Source: an uncultured Chloroflexia bacterium
GTDB lineage: Bacteria; Chloroflexota; Limnocylindria; QHBO01
NCBI GenBank assembly: GCA_963777045.1
Contig: CAVZPD010000022.1
Coordinates: 79,591 to 143,590, forward strand
DNA length: 64,000 bases
Reading direction: 5' to 3'
The notes under the pieces: generated by a model
Database searches by the model: none
What the model was told of the DNA's origin: nothing
Seen by the model: the letters and a program-made list of their open reading frames with translations, nothing else
Shown: positions 8,279 to 16,888 of the stretch, in pieces
Numbering within the stretch: the stretch's first letter is position 1
Layout: every line of letters begins with the position of its first letter
Position numbers and translations under genes: made by a program

Positions 8279-9732
8279 GACTGGGCGGTGTCGGCGTCGG
8301 TCGGATCCTGACCGGCGTGGCGTTCGGCGCCCTCGCCGCCGCCGGCGGGGCGGTGCTCGGCGAGATCACCGGCGAGTCAACATTCGCCGTGCTCCCACTC
8401 CTCGCGGTCGCGCTGGTGGGTCTGACGCTGGGGCCCGCCGCCGCGATGACCACCTACGCCATCGCAGGCGGATCACTCATCGTCCAGGGCATCGTCGTCC
8501 AGCACGAGCTGGTGAGCGCCGCCAACCTGGCGCGCGTGACCCTCTTCGTCGTCGGCGCGCCGATCATCGTGCTCCTGGCGCTCCGGGTCGAGCGCCAGCA
8601 CAGCGAGAGCCGGCTGGCCCAGGACATGAGCGCCGCCGCCGAGCGCATGGCGAATCGCGAGCGGAGCGCGGCCGACGAGGCGCGACGTGACCTGCAGGTC
8701 GCGCTACAGCAGGTCGAGCGCGAGCGCACGCGGCTGGAGGAGGTGGCCGAGGCGATTCCCGAGCCGCTCATCGTGTACGACGCCGATGGACAGGGAACCT
8801 ACGCGAACCGTGCCGCGCTGCGCACCTTCGGCCGCAGCTTCTACGACCGGCCCCTGGACGAGTGGGGGCGTCTCGCGGAACCGCGCGACGATCGAGGACA
8901 GCCGCTGCCGATGCGCGACTGGCCGCAGGTGCGCGCCAGGGACGCCGTCACCAAGCGCCGGATGGTGATCCGCCTCCCCATGTCCGGCCGGGATCTGCTG
9001 GTCGACGTCGAGGGGACGCCGGTCCCGGACGGCGGTTGCGTCCTCCTCCTGCGGGACGTCGGCAAGGAGGTCGACGAGCGTCGCCGGCTGTCTCGCTTCG
9101 CGAGCTTCGTCGCGCACGAGCTGCGTAACCCGCTGGCGGTGGCCAAGGCCCGCATCGAGCTCGGCGCTCGCGCGAGCACCAGTGATGCCGGCACCCCCTC
9201 GCACGGACAGCGCGCGCTGGAGTCGGTCGATGCGGCAATCGCCATCCTCGATCGCCTCGAGCTCTTCTCCCGCGCCGAGGCCGGTCGCCTCGAGGCCGAG
9301 CTGCAGCCGTTCGACCTGCGGGAGGCGGCGAACGCGTCCGTGGAGCGGCTACGCGCCAGCGGCAGCGAGCGCCAGGTGGAGGTCAGCGTCAGCGGCGACC
9401 CGATGGTGGGTGGCGACCTGCAGCTGACCCAGCAGGCACTCACCAACCTGCTCACCAACGCCGATCGCTACTCCACCGACGGCGCACCGATCCGGGTCGA
9501 GATCAACGGCGGAGTCGCGCCCGAGCTGCGCGTGCGGGACGGCGGCCCGGGCGTCAGCGCCGACGTGGCCGAGCACCTCTTCATCGAGCGCGTCAGCTCC
9601 GGTCGCGGCCTCGGCCTCGGCCTCTACCTCGTCCGCGCCGCCATGGAGGCGCAGGGCGGCATCGTCAGGCTCGAGGAGCGAGCGCCTGCGGCGGTGTTCC
9701 TGTTGCGCTGGCCGCGACGCGAGGAGCCTTGA
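8275..9732 (+). CDS. sensor histidine kinase (membrane-anchored, PAS-like + HisKA + HATPase_c)
   Basis: The N-terminal region is hydrophobic (several TM helices), followed by a coiled coil. The PAS-like segment reads LIVYDADGQGTYANRAALRTFG. The H-box is FVAHELRNPLAVAKARIEL. The C-terminal ATP lid contains GGPGVSADVAEHLFIERVSSGRGLGLGLYLVRA. The GTG start at 8275 overlaps the J-domain gene stop (GTGA). No response regulator gene is adjacent. Confidence 0.8.
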   Translation: MRLGGVGVGRILTGVAFGALAAAGGAVLGEITGESTFAVLPLLAVALVGLTLGPAAAMTTYAIAGGSLIVQGIVVQHELVSAANLARVTLFVVGAPIIVLLALRVERQHSESRLAQDMSAAAERMANRERSAADEARRDLQVALQQVERERTRLEEVAEAIPEPLIVYDADGQGTYANRAALRTFGRSFYDRPLDEWGRLAEPRDDRGQPLPMRDWPQVRARDAVTKRRMVIRLPMSGRDLLVDVEGTPVPDGGCVLLLRDVGKEVDERRRLSRFASFVAHELRNPLAVAKARIELGARASTSDAGTPSHGQRALESVDAAIAILDRLELFSRAEAGRLEAELQPFDLREAANASVERLRASGSERQVEVSVSGDPMVGGDLQLTQQALTNLLTNADRYSTDGAPIRVEINGGVAPELRVRDGGPGVSADVAEHLFIERVSSGRGLGLGLYLVRAAMEAQGGIVRLEERAPAAVFLLRWPRREEP

Positions 9733-9744
9733 GGCGGTCTCGCC

Positions 9745-11100
9745 TCAGGCGCTGACCACCTCCACCTCCGCCAGCTGCGCCGCCTCGATCTCGTCGCGAA
9801 TGCGCGCAGCGTCGCCGGTCACCAGCATGAGCAGGTCGTCGGGGCGGATGAGGTCGCGCGCGGCCGACACGACGTCCTCCGGTCCGACCGCCTCGATCTG
9901 CTGCCGGTAGGTCTGCCAGTAGTCGTCGGGCAGGGCGTAGGTGGCGAGAGGCTCGATCGCCGTGGCGACACCCCCAGTCGTCTCGAAGCGGAGGGGGAAG
10001 ACGCCGACCAGGAAGTCGCGGACCTCCCGAAGCTCTCCGAGCTCGGGTGCCGCCGCCCTGACGTGCTCCAGCTGCGCCAGCATCTCGCGCATCGCATCGG
10101 CCGTGACCTCGGTCTGCACCGCGGCGGCGGCTGAGAATGGGCCGGCCGCGCGGCGCGCGTCGAATCCGGCGCGTGCTCCGTAGGTGTAGCCCAGCTCCTC
10201 GCGCAGCCGGAGGTTGAGCCGCGACCCGAAGACGCCGCCCAGCATGGCCGCCATGACCATGGCCGGGAAGTAGCGATCAGAGGTGCGCGAGATGCCGGGG
10301 TGTCCCATGCGCAGCTCGCTCTGCACCGATCCTGGACGATCGACGATGACCACGCGCCGACGGCCGGCCGGCCGGGTCTCGAAGGTGCGGTGACCCGCAC
10401 CGGTCCCCTCCCAGGCGCCGAGCTGCATCTGTGCCAGCCGCTCGATCGTCTCCGGATCGACGGCCCCGGCCACGACCAGGTGCGCCATCCCCGGGCGCCA
10501 GTGCGCCGCGTGGTGGGCACGCACGTCCTCGAGCGTGACGCCGCCAACGCTCTCCGGCGTGCCGGCCGAGAGGCGCCGGTAGGGCGTGGCGGCATCGAAG
10601 ACGTGGCGCAGGAACATCTCCTCGGCCAGCCGCCCGGGATCGGCGCGGGACTGGCGGATGTCGTTGAGCCGCTCCGCCTGCAGCCGCTTGAACTCGGCGG
10701 GGTCGAAACGAGGCTCCAGGATCATCTCCGCCAGCAGCCCGAAGCCCTCCTCCAGGTGTTCGGGGAGCGACTGGAAGGCGGCGCGCGCAGAATCCCAACT
10801 GGACTCGGAGCTGACCTCGATGCCCAGCCGCTCGGTCGCCTCGGCGAAGGCGGAGGCGTCCAGCCGCCGCGTTCCGGTGGTGAGCATCTGTGCAGTCAGG
10901 TAGGCGACGCCTGCGTGCTCTTCGTCCTCTGCCGCCGCGCCCGCATCGGCCAGCAGGTGAGCGTTCACCATGGTGGCGCCGGGCAGTGAGACCGCCCAGA
11001 TCGTCAGGCCGTTCGGCAGCCGGCGGCGGTCGAATTCGGGGAAGAGGTAGGGCCTTGGTGCACCTGGCGTCGGGCGCAGCGGGTTGGGGGCCGTGGTCAT
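9745..11100 (-). CDS. M16 family peptidase, non-catalytic (inactive) subunit
   Basis: The track ORF 9745..11466 is extended 5'. M123 ([10 protein letters not shown]...) at 11100 overlaps the stop of the upstream M16 gene (ATGA). The fold is insulinase-like, but the HxxEH zinc motif is replaced (AYLTAQML). Confidence 0.8.
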   Translation of the reverse strand: MTTAPNPLRPTPGAPRPYLFPEFDRRRLPNGLTIWAVSLPGATMVNAHLLADAGAAAEDEEHAGVAYLTAQMLTTGTRRLDASAFAEATERLGIEVSSESSWDSARAAFQSLPEHLEEGFGLLAEMILEPRFDPAEFKRLQAERLNDIRQSRADPGRLAEEMFLRHVFDAATPYRRLSAGTPESVGGVTLEDVRAHHAAHWRPGMAHLVVAGAVDPETIERLAQMQLGAWEGTGAGHRTFETRPAGRRRVVIVDRPGSVQSELRMGHPGISRTSDRYFPAMVMAAMLGGVFGSRLNLRLREELGYTYGARAGFDARRAAGPFSAAAAVQTEVTADAMREMLAQLEHVRAAAPELGELREVRDFLVGVFPLRFETTGGVATAIEPLATYALPDDYWQTYRQQIEAVGPEDVVSAARDLIRPDDLLMLVTGDAARIRDEIEAAQLAEVEVVSA

Positions 11101-12479
11101 CCGGCCACCCCCTCGGCAACCATCTCGGCCGATTCGGCGGGCACGGGCAGGTAGGTCAGGACCAGGCGGTTGTCTGGCCGAAGGGTGTCGCGCATGGCGT
11201 TCACGACCCGGTCTGCATCGACCGCCAGGTAGCGGCTCACCTCGCTGTTGATACGTTCGGGGTCGTCGAAGAGGCAGGTGTACATCGAGAGGCGATCGGC
11301 GCGCTCGGCGATTCGCTCCAGGCTGGACTCCACCGATGACGCGTGGAGGTTGCGCACGCGCTCCAGCTCCTCGTCGGACGGACCCTCGCCGGCCAGGCGA
11401 TCGATCTCGTCCAGCAGGGCGGCTTCGAGCGCATCGGCTTCGATGCCCTCGCGTGCCGTACCCCACAGCGTGAACATCGACGCCCCGCCGACGATCGGAA
11501 AGGGGAAGACACTGACGTCGCCGGCCAGCTGTCGCTCCCGGACGAGGCTGCGGTACATCCGCGACGCACGACCGGACCCCAGCAGGTCGGCGGCGACCAT
11601 GAGCGCCTCGAAGGCATCGGTGCCGAAGACCGGCATGCGATGGGCGAGGTAGACCCGCGGCAGCGGCACGCGATCTTGGACCACCTCCCGCACTTCGCGG
11701 CCGATGCGCGGCGCCACCTCCATGGGTGGAGCGGGCGGTAGCGAGGTGTTGGCGGGGATCGATCCGAAGTGTCGTTCGATCATGGCCAGCGCGGCAGCCG
11801 GCTCGAAATCGCCGGCCACGGTGAGCACTGCGTTGTTCGGGGCGTAGTACGTGGCGAAGAAGTCGGAGACGTCCTCGAGGCTCGCCGCGTCGAGATCATC
11901 CATGGACCCGATGGTCGAGTGGTGGTAGGGATGCCCGTCCGGGTAGACGAGCTCCTGGATCTTCTCGTCCCAGGTCCCGTACGGCTGGTTGTCGACCGAC
12001 CAGCGACGCTCGTTCTTGACCACCTCGCGCTGGTTGTCGAGCTTCTCCTGGGTCATCGCCGGCAGCAGGGAGGCGAGGCGATCTGCCTCGAGCCATAGTC
12101 CCAGCTCCAGCTCGTGACTCGGCAGCGTCTCGAAGTAGTTGGTCCGGTCCAGCCAGGTTGACGCGTTGAGCGTGCCTCCCGCAGCCTGCACCAGCGCGAA
12201 GTGCTCGCCCTTGGCGACGTGTTCGGAGCCCTGGAACATCATGTGCTCGAAGAGGTGGGCGAACCCCGTCTTGCCGGCCCTCTCGTGCTTGCTCCCGACG
12301 TCGTACCACAGGTTCACGGCCACGATCGGTGCGAGGTCGCCGCGGGACAGCACCACGCGCAGCCCGTTCGGCAGCTGGTGGCGTTCGATTGGGACGTGGG
12401 GCACGACAGTCTTCCTCGGCGTTCGGGGGTGAGATGAGCGCGGTCCGACGTCGGTGCGAGGCCGTGACGGGGCCGCCAT
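11097..12479 (-). CDS. M16 family zinc peptidase (pitrilysin/insulinase-like), catalytic subunit
   Basis: The inverted zinc-binding motif [11 protein letters not shown] (HxxEH) is present, plus insulinase-like N-terminal conservation (LPNGLRVVL). Tandem with, and translationally coupled to, the downstream inactive paralog. Confidence 0.85.
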   Translation of the reverse strand: MAAPSRPRTDVGPRSSHPRTPRKTVVPHVPIERHQLPNGLRVVLSRGDLAPIVAVNLWYDVGSKHERAGKTGFAHLFEHMMFQGSEHVAKGEHFALVQAAGGTLNASTWLDRTNYFETLPSHELELGLWLEADRLASLLPAMTQEKLDNQREVVKNERRWSVDNQPYGTWDEKIQELVYPDGHPYHHSTIGSMDDLDAASLEDVSDFFATYYAPNNAVLTVAGDFEPAAALAMIERHFGSIPANTSLPPAPPMEVAPRIGREVREVVQDRVPLPRVYLAHRMPVFGTDAFEALMVAADLLGSGRASRMYRSLVRERQLAGDVSVFPFPIVGGASMFTLWGTAREGIEADALEAALLDEIDRLAGEGPSDEELERVRNLHASSVESSLERIAERADRLSMYTCLFDDPERINSEVSRYLAVDADRVVNAMRDTLRPDNRLVLTYLPVPAESAEMVAEGVAG

Positions 12480-12564
12480 CGAAGGCTACCACGGGCCGAT
12501 GTGGCGGCGCGATTCGGCTTCCGACGAGCTGGCTTGGCACGTTGGGTGCGAGGCGTATGAAGGC

Positions 12565-13281
12565 ATGTTGTCCGGTCGACAGGCTGCCGCGATGTTCGTG
12601 CCACTGCTGGCGTTGCTGCTCGTGGGCGTCATCGTGGTGCGCGGTCTCGCTGGCATCATCTCGCCGGGAGCGTCTTCCCCCGAGCCCGCGCCGACACTGC
12701 GCCCTGGGATGGCCGTGCCGCTGCCGACCGCCACACCGACGCCGCTCCCGTTCAGTCTGCCACCGATCACCGTGACCCCGCCGCCGACGCCCACCGCCGC
12801 GCCAACCTCCACGCCAACCCCGACCGCCGCCCCGACGCGTCGCCCGACGCCGCAACCGACACCACGACCCACCCCGGCGCCCACCCCCACGCCGACTCCT
12901 ACGCCTACGCCCACGCCCACGCCGACGCCTACGCCCACGCCCACGCCGAAGCCGACGCCCTCGCCGACACCTACGCCCACCCCCACCCCCACGCCGATGC
13001 CCACGCCGACACCTACGCCCACGCTGGCGCCCACCCCGCCGCCGACGCCCACGCCACCCGACGCCGACCCCCACCCCCACGCCGACGCCGACTGTTCCAC
13101 CGCCGCCGAGCCCGACGGCCACGCCAGTTCCTGCATCGTCTCCCACGCCTACGGTCCAGGCCTCAGCTACGCCCGCGGCCTGACGCGCACTGCCGGGCAC
13201 GAAAAAGCCCCGCGTGCCGAGGCTGCGGGGCCCATGACCGGGAGGTGGTTGTTGGTGAGCGGCCAGGGATTCGAACCCTGA
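12565..13281 (+). CDS. membrane-anchored Pro/Thr-rich repeat protein (hypothetical)
   Basis: ATG at 12565 is preceded by tgaagg. A short N-terminal segment is followed by a TM helix ([15 protein letters not shown]) and ~130 aa of (P-T)n low-complexity linker. GC3 bias favours this strand over the mirror GV-repeat ORF. The 3' end overlaps the antisense tRNA-Lys, so the C-terminus is uncertain. Confidence 0.45.
   Translation: MLSGRQAAAMFVPLLALLLVGVIVVRGLAGIISPGASSPEPAPTLRPGMAVPLPTATPTPLPFSLPPITVTPPPTPTAAPTSTPTPTAAPTRRPTPQPTPRPTPAPTPTPTPTPTPTPTPTPTPTPTPKPTPSPTPTPTPTPTPMPTPTPTPTLAPTPPPTPTPPDADPHPHADADCSTAAEPDGHASSCIVSHAYGPGLSYARGLTRTAGHEKAPRAEAAGPMTGRWLLVSGQGFEP
12700..13085 (+). repeat. coding hexanucleotide (ACGCCx)n Pro-Thr tandem repeat tract with a 24-nt higher-order unit
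   Basis: Direct reading shows long runs of acgccgacgcctacgcccacgcccacgccg encoding TPTPTP. Confidence 0.8.
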
Positions 13282-13327
13282 ACCTAGTGATTAAGAGTCA
13301 CTTGCTCTGCCGTTGAGCTAGCCGCCC
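13253..13327 (-). tRNA. tRNA-Lys (anticodon CTT)
   Basis: Reverse complement of 13253-13327 gives GGGCGGC-TA-GCTC-AACGGCA-GAGC-A-AGTGA-CTCTTAA-TCACT-AGGTT-CAGGG-TTCGAAT-CCCTG-GCCGCTC-A-CCA. All four stems pair (one G-U in the acceptor). T-loop TTCGAAT and U33 are present. The anticodon is CTT and CCA is encoded. Confidence 0.85.
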
Positions 13328-13372
13328 GCGGAGATGATGCCGGAGGCCAGCGGGACGGTCAACCGGCGCCGG

Positions 13373-15490
13373 CTATCGCCTCAGGGCCCGGTGCAGGAAG
13401 GCCGCCATCTCGCCTCGGCTCACGGTGGAGGTCGGACAGAAGGTCTTCGCCCCGCAGCCCGCGGTGATCTTCGATGCGGCAAGCCGGTTGATGTCGCCTT
13501 CGAAGATGCTGGTCTCGTCATCGGTGAAGTAATCCACGGAGGTCGGAGCCAGCTTGAAGGCTCGCCCAAGGAACGCCGCCATCTGGCCGCGCGTCACCGT
13601 ACCGCCCGGGCAGAAGGTCTTGGTTCCGCAGCCACGGGTGACATTCGCCTCGGCGACGCGATTGATGGCGTCCTCGTACGGGCTCGTCTCGTCATCGGTG
13701 AAGTAGTCGGCACTGGCGGGCGGCAGCTTGAGCGCATTTGCCAGCCAGGCGGCCATCACCTCGCGGCTGATGCCGACCGACGGGCAGAAGTAGATGGGGC
13801 CGCAGCCGAAGGTGACGCCGGCCAGGAAGGTCGCCTCGATGTCTCCCCGGAATGCCGAGCCGATGCTGTCCCAGAAGAGGTAGTTGTCGATCACCGCGCC
13901 GTGGGCGCGCAGGGCGTTCTGCAGCACGCCGACGTCCAGCGACTGCACCGACGGAAGTGGGGTCGATCCAGCGCCCAGGCCGCGCGCCACGATGGCTGCG
14001 GCCGTTCCCGCAGCCTCGCCCATCATCATGTACTGCGGCTCCATGCGCAGCGACGCGAGGGCCACGTGGCTGGCCGAGACGGCGACGCTCACGAGCAGGT
14101 TGGTCGCCTCCTCCGGCCTCGGAGTCAGGCTGCGGTAGGGGACCGACCAGCGCGTCGCGGCTGCGCGTCCATACCAGAAGCCCCCCTCCACTCGCAGTCG
14201 CCGCAGGCCGTCGATCCAGCGCGAGACGTGGTGGCTGTCGAACGAGTACGAGGCAATGGCGATGCCATCCGCCTTCGTGCGCTGCACCTGCACGTCTGAC
14301 TGGGTGAGCACGTACGCGCCAACCATCCGACGGCTCTCTCGCAGGTAGAACATGCGTGGCCAGCCCCCGCTCTCGGTGAACTCGTCCGCGCACAGCCCGT
14401 ACCCAGCCATCTGGCTGCGGATCCGCTGCGGGACGCGGGCGTCGTGCGCCAGGAAGTGGAGGAAGCCTTTCGTATAGCCGGTCAGCCACGCCTCCGTCGT
14501 CGCGCGTTCCGCGTAGCTCGCCTCGACATACGTGCTGCCAAGGCCGTGGACGGCGATCGCCACCTGGCCGTTGTTGTTCACGTCGTACTTCTGGTGGGGA
14601 AGTCCGACGGGCCACAGGAACCAGGTGAGGTCGGGCGTCTGGCCGGCGCCTACCCGGCTGGCGATGTAGGCGGCGACGATGTCGTACGTGCGCGGGTCGT
14701 AGCCCGCGGGCGCGCTGAAGGGGATCTGGTTGGCGGGATCGGAGGAAAAGCAAAGGCGGTAGTTCGTGGTCTGCACTCGGTCATCGCCGCTCCCAATGGC
14801 GCCGGGTGCTGCGAGCGGGACGCCTGCGTCGATTCCGTCCGGGACGGTGAAGATCGTGGCCGGCGCCCGAACCCCGGCCTCCGCCTCCCCGTACTCGCTG
14901 GCGGCCTCGCGCCCGATGCGGTAGCTCACTCCTGAGCGAGCCATGAGGTCGCCCTCGTAGCTGGCATCCACGAAGACATCGGCCTCCAGGCGCAGGCCCG
15001 ACTCCATGCTGACCTGGCTGATCTTGCCGCCGGCGCTCGCAACCCCGTCCGACTCCGCCAGGCGCTCACCGGTGAAGACGCGCACCTGCGCTGCCGTCAG
15101 CATCTGGTCGAATGCGGCCTGGGCCGTGGAAGGCTGGAACCGCCATCGGCCCTGGCTCGTTCCCTCCGCCGCCTGCGTTCGATCGAAGAACTCGCCGGCG
15201 ATGCCGGCAATGGTCGCGGTGTGGCCGTAGTCGGTCGCGTCGAGTCCGCTGGTGATCATGCCGCCCACCCTGGCGGTGGGCTCGACGAGCGCAACCGTCG
15301 CCCCTTCGCGGGCAGCGCTGACCGCGGCGATCACCCCCGAAGGGGTTCCGCCGTAGACGACGACGTCAAAGGACTGCTCTCCGACCGCGCGCACCGGCGC
15401 GGCTTGCTGCGAGACATTGAGCGATGTCGTCAGCAGGCCCAGCGAGATCGCCAGGCCGAGCAGTCGCCGGCTCGGGAACTTGTTCTTCAG
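13373..15490 (-). CDS. secreted FAD-dependent oxidoreductase with three C-terminal SLH (S-layer homology) domains
   Basis: The N-terminal FAD dinucleotide-binding motif is VVVYGGTPSGVIAAVSAAREG...VGG. The C-terminus has three ~60-aa repeats of FTDDETS..E.DINRLA...T.GCG.KTFCP...VTRGQMAAFL, which is the SLH consensus. The track start (GTG 15394) truncates an in-frame signal peptide (LKNKFPSRRLLGLAISLGLLTTSLNVSQQAAP). This contains no ATG, GTG or TTG, so I place the start at CTG 15488-15490, preceded by GGGGGTGG (Shine-Dalgarno-like). Confidence 0.75.
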   Translation of the reverse strand: MKNKFPSRRLLGLAISLGLLTTSLNVSQQAAPVRAVGEQSFDVVVYGGTPSGVIAAVSAAREGATVALVEPTARVGGMITSGLDATDYGHTATIAGIAGEFFDRTQAAEGTSQGRWRFQPSTAQAAFDQMLTAAQVRVFTGERLAESDGVASAGGKISQVSMESGLRLEADVFVDASYEGDLMARSGVSYRIGREAASEYGEAEAGVRAPATIFTVPDGIDAGVPLAAPGAIGSGDDRVQTTNYRLCFSSDPANQIPFSAPAGYDPRTYDIVAAYIASRVGAGQTPDLTWFLWPVGLPHQKYDVNNNGQVAIAVHGLGSTYVEASYAERATTEAWLTGYTKGFLHFLAHDARVPQRIRSQMAGYGLCADEFTESGGWPRMFYLRESRRMVGAYVLTQSDVQVQRTKADGIAIASYSFDSHHVSRWIDGLRRLRVEGGFWYGRAAATRWSVPYRSLTPRPEEATNLLVSVAVSASHVALASLRMEPQYMMMGEAAGTAAAIVARGLGAGSTPLPSVQSLDVGVLQNALRAHGAVIDNYLFWDSIGSAFRGDIEATFLAGVTFGCGPIYFCPSVGISREVMAAWLANALKLPPASADYFTDDETSPYEDAINRVAEANVTRGCGTKTFCPGGTVTRGQMAAFLGRAFKLAPTSVDYFTDDETSIFEGDINRLAASKITAGCGAKTFCPTSTVSRGEMAAFLHRALRR

Positions 15491-15573
15491 TGTCCACCCC
15501 CCGCGCGCGGGTTTGCGAGTCGACCGTCGCGCGGCGCGGAGAGTCTACCCGACGCGGTCCAGCCCGGGTTCGC

Positions 15574-16221
15574 TCAGCCTGCGGGCTGTCCGGGGCCGCC
15601 GTAGGGCTCCGGCGAACGCTGGTAATGATCGTCGAGGAAGGCGCGGATCTGGTCGATGTCGGCGCTGTCCTGGTAGAGCAGCCAGTTCCAGGCGGTGACG
15701 GCGATCGGGTGCCCGAAGTCCTCGCCGGTCCACGGCGAGAGGATGACCTTGAACTTCGCAGCGCGCACCTGCTGCTGTGCGTAGCTGGTCAGGGCGGCGA
15801 CGTCCGATTCTGACGTCTGCCCCGGCTGGTACCAGATCACGATGCCGCCGTGCTCCAGGTTGTGGATGACCTGGGATTGGGCTGCCGGATTGGCGAGCGC
15901 GTAGACGCCCCAGTTGGCGGGGGTGTTCCAGTGCTGGCCGGACGTGGCGGGGGTGGAGCTGTACGGGCCGCCCGTGCTGCCATCCGCGATGTGGCCACCA
16001 CCCTGGTCGACCTGGCGCTCGCCGACCTCCCCGCTGCCACCGCCAGCGAAGAGCACCACGACCACCAGGATCACCGCGCCGATGACGAGCACGCCGCCGA
16101 TGAGCAGGACACGCGCATCGATGCCTGCCGGCCGCCCCCCGCCTTCGCCCACGCGGCGGTGCAGCGCCGCATCGCTGGCGCGTCCCCGTCGCTGGATCCC
16201 CGATGTCCTTCGTTTCGCCAT
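15574..16221 (-). CDS. DUF3105-like membrane-anchored protein
   Basis: The track ORF 15574..16668 is extended 5'. M150 (MAKRRTSG...) at 16221 gives a 216-aa protein. It has a TM helix (LLIGGVLVIGAVILVVVVLFAGG) and then a conserved IHNLEHGGIVIWYQPG core typical of DUF3105-family proteins. Confidence 0.55.
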   Translation of the reverse strand: MAKRRTSGIQRRGRASDAALHRRVGEGGGRPAGIDARVLLIGGVLVIGAVILVVVVLFAGGGSGEVGERQVDQGGGHIADGSTGGPYSSTPATSGQHWNTPANWGVYALANPAAQSQVIHNLEHGGIVIWYQPGQTSESDVAALTSYAQQQVRAAKFKVILSPWTGEDFGHPIAVTAWNWLLYQDSADIDQIRAFLDDHYQRSPEPYGGPGQPAG

Positions 16222-16330
16222 GAGGGCGCAGGATAGCCGAGGAACGCGCTGGACGGCTGGCGGGGGAGTCGGCCCGGGCCTTGCTAGACTTTCGGAAGCG
16301 TCCCAATGACGCTGCACCCATGGAGGAACG

Positions 16331-16888
16331 ATGACCCAAGCCGGAGAGCCGCGCCGGGAGAGCATCCCCGGGCTGGCGCGACGCCTCGTTGGTGGGCTGG
16401 TACAGCTCGCTCGCCTCGAGATTACCCGCGGCCGCCAGGAGATCGGGGAGATGCTGGCCGAGACGAAGAACGGGGCCATCATGTTCGGCATCGCGGCCGG
16501 GCTCGGCTTCCTGGCCCTGATCTCCCTGGACATGGCCATGATCCTGGCGGTGGCGGCCCTCTTCGACTCGCTGGCCGACATCGCCGTGGTCATCATCGTC
16601 GTGGCCAGCTTCGTGGCGGTGGCCATCGGCTTCGCCATCGCGGGGGTCGTCAACGCGTTCGTGATCATTGCCCTGCTGATCGCCGCCGCGATCGTCGCCG
16701 TGCCCGCCTACTTCGGCTTCACGGCGGCCTGGCTGACCGCCTTCTTCGTGCTCGAGCTGCAGCTCGGCCTGGTGGCAGCCTTCGTGATGCGGGGCATCAA
16801 GCAGATTCGTATCGGACCGCCGGAGGAGACCATCGCGGCGGTGAAGGAGGACGTCACATGGGCGAAACGCTTGCTGAAACGCGGGTAG
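16331..16888 (+). CDS. phage-holin-family / putative actinobacterial Holin-X small membrane protein
   Basis: 185 aa. The N-terminus has an amphipathic LARLEITRGRQEIGEM segment. There are three strongly hydrophobic TM helices and a basic C-terminus. Confidence 0.65.
   Translation: MTQAGEPRRESIPGLARRLVGGLVQLARLEITRGRQEIGEMLAETKNGAIMFGIAAGLGFLALISLDMAMILAVAALFDSLADIAVVIIVVASFVAVAIGFAIAGVVNAFVIIALLIAAAIVAVPAYFGFTAAWLTAFFVLELQLGLVAAFVMRGIKQIRIGPPEETIAAVKEDVTWAKRLLKRG

Noticed and set aside
12700-13085. Possible CRISPR array or other non-coding repeat at the PT tract, the 21-bp x3 repeat (23875-23950) and the EP repeats (30180-30320)
   Set aside because: All are in-frame coding tandem repeats with no spacer-like unique segments and no cas genes. 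No CRISPR array is present in the window.
12486-13136. Minus-strand (GV)n repeat ORF mirroring the PT-repeat gene
   Set aside because: It has no TM, signal or domain. The plus-strand reading gives a TM anchor + PT linker architecture and slightly better GC3. Kept as the less likely alternative.
16306-16857. N-terminal 184 aa of the 390-aa ORF 16306..17478
   Set aside because: Arg/Gly-rich, overlapping holin-X in another frame. Only the part from ATG 16858 has DUF3618 character.
16331-16888. Prophage inferred from the 'phage holin family' gene
   Set aside because: There is no integrase, terminase, capsid, tail or lysin genes and no att-like duplication of the flanking tRNAs. The Holin-X family is a chromosomal actinobacterial membrane-protein family.
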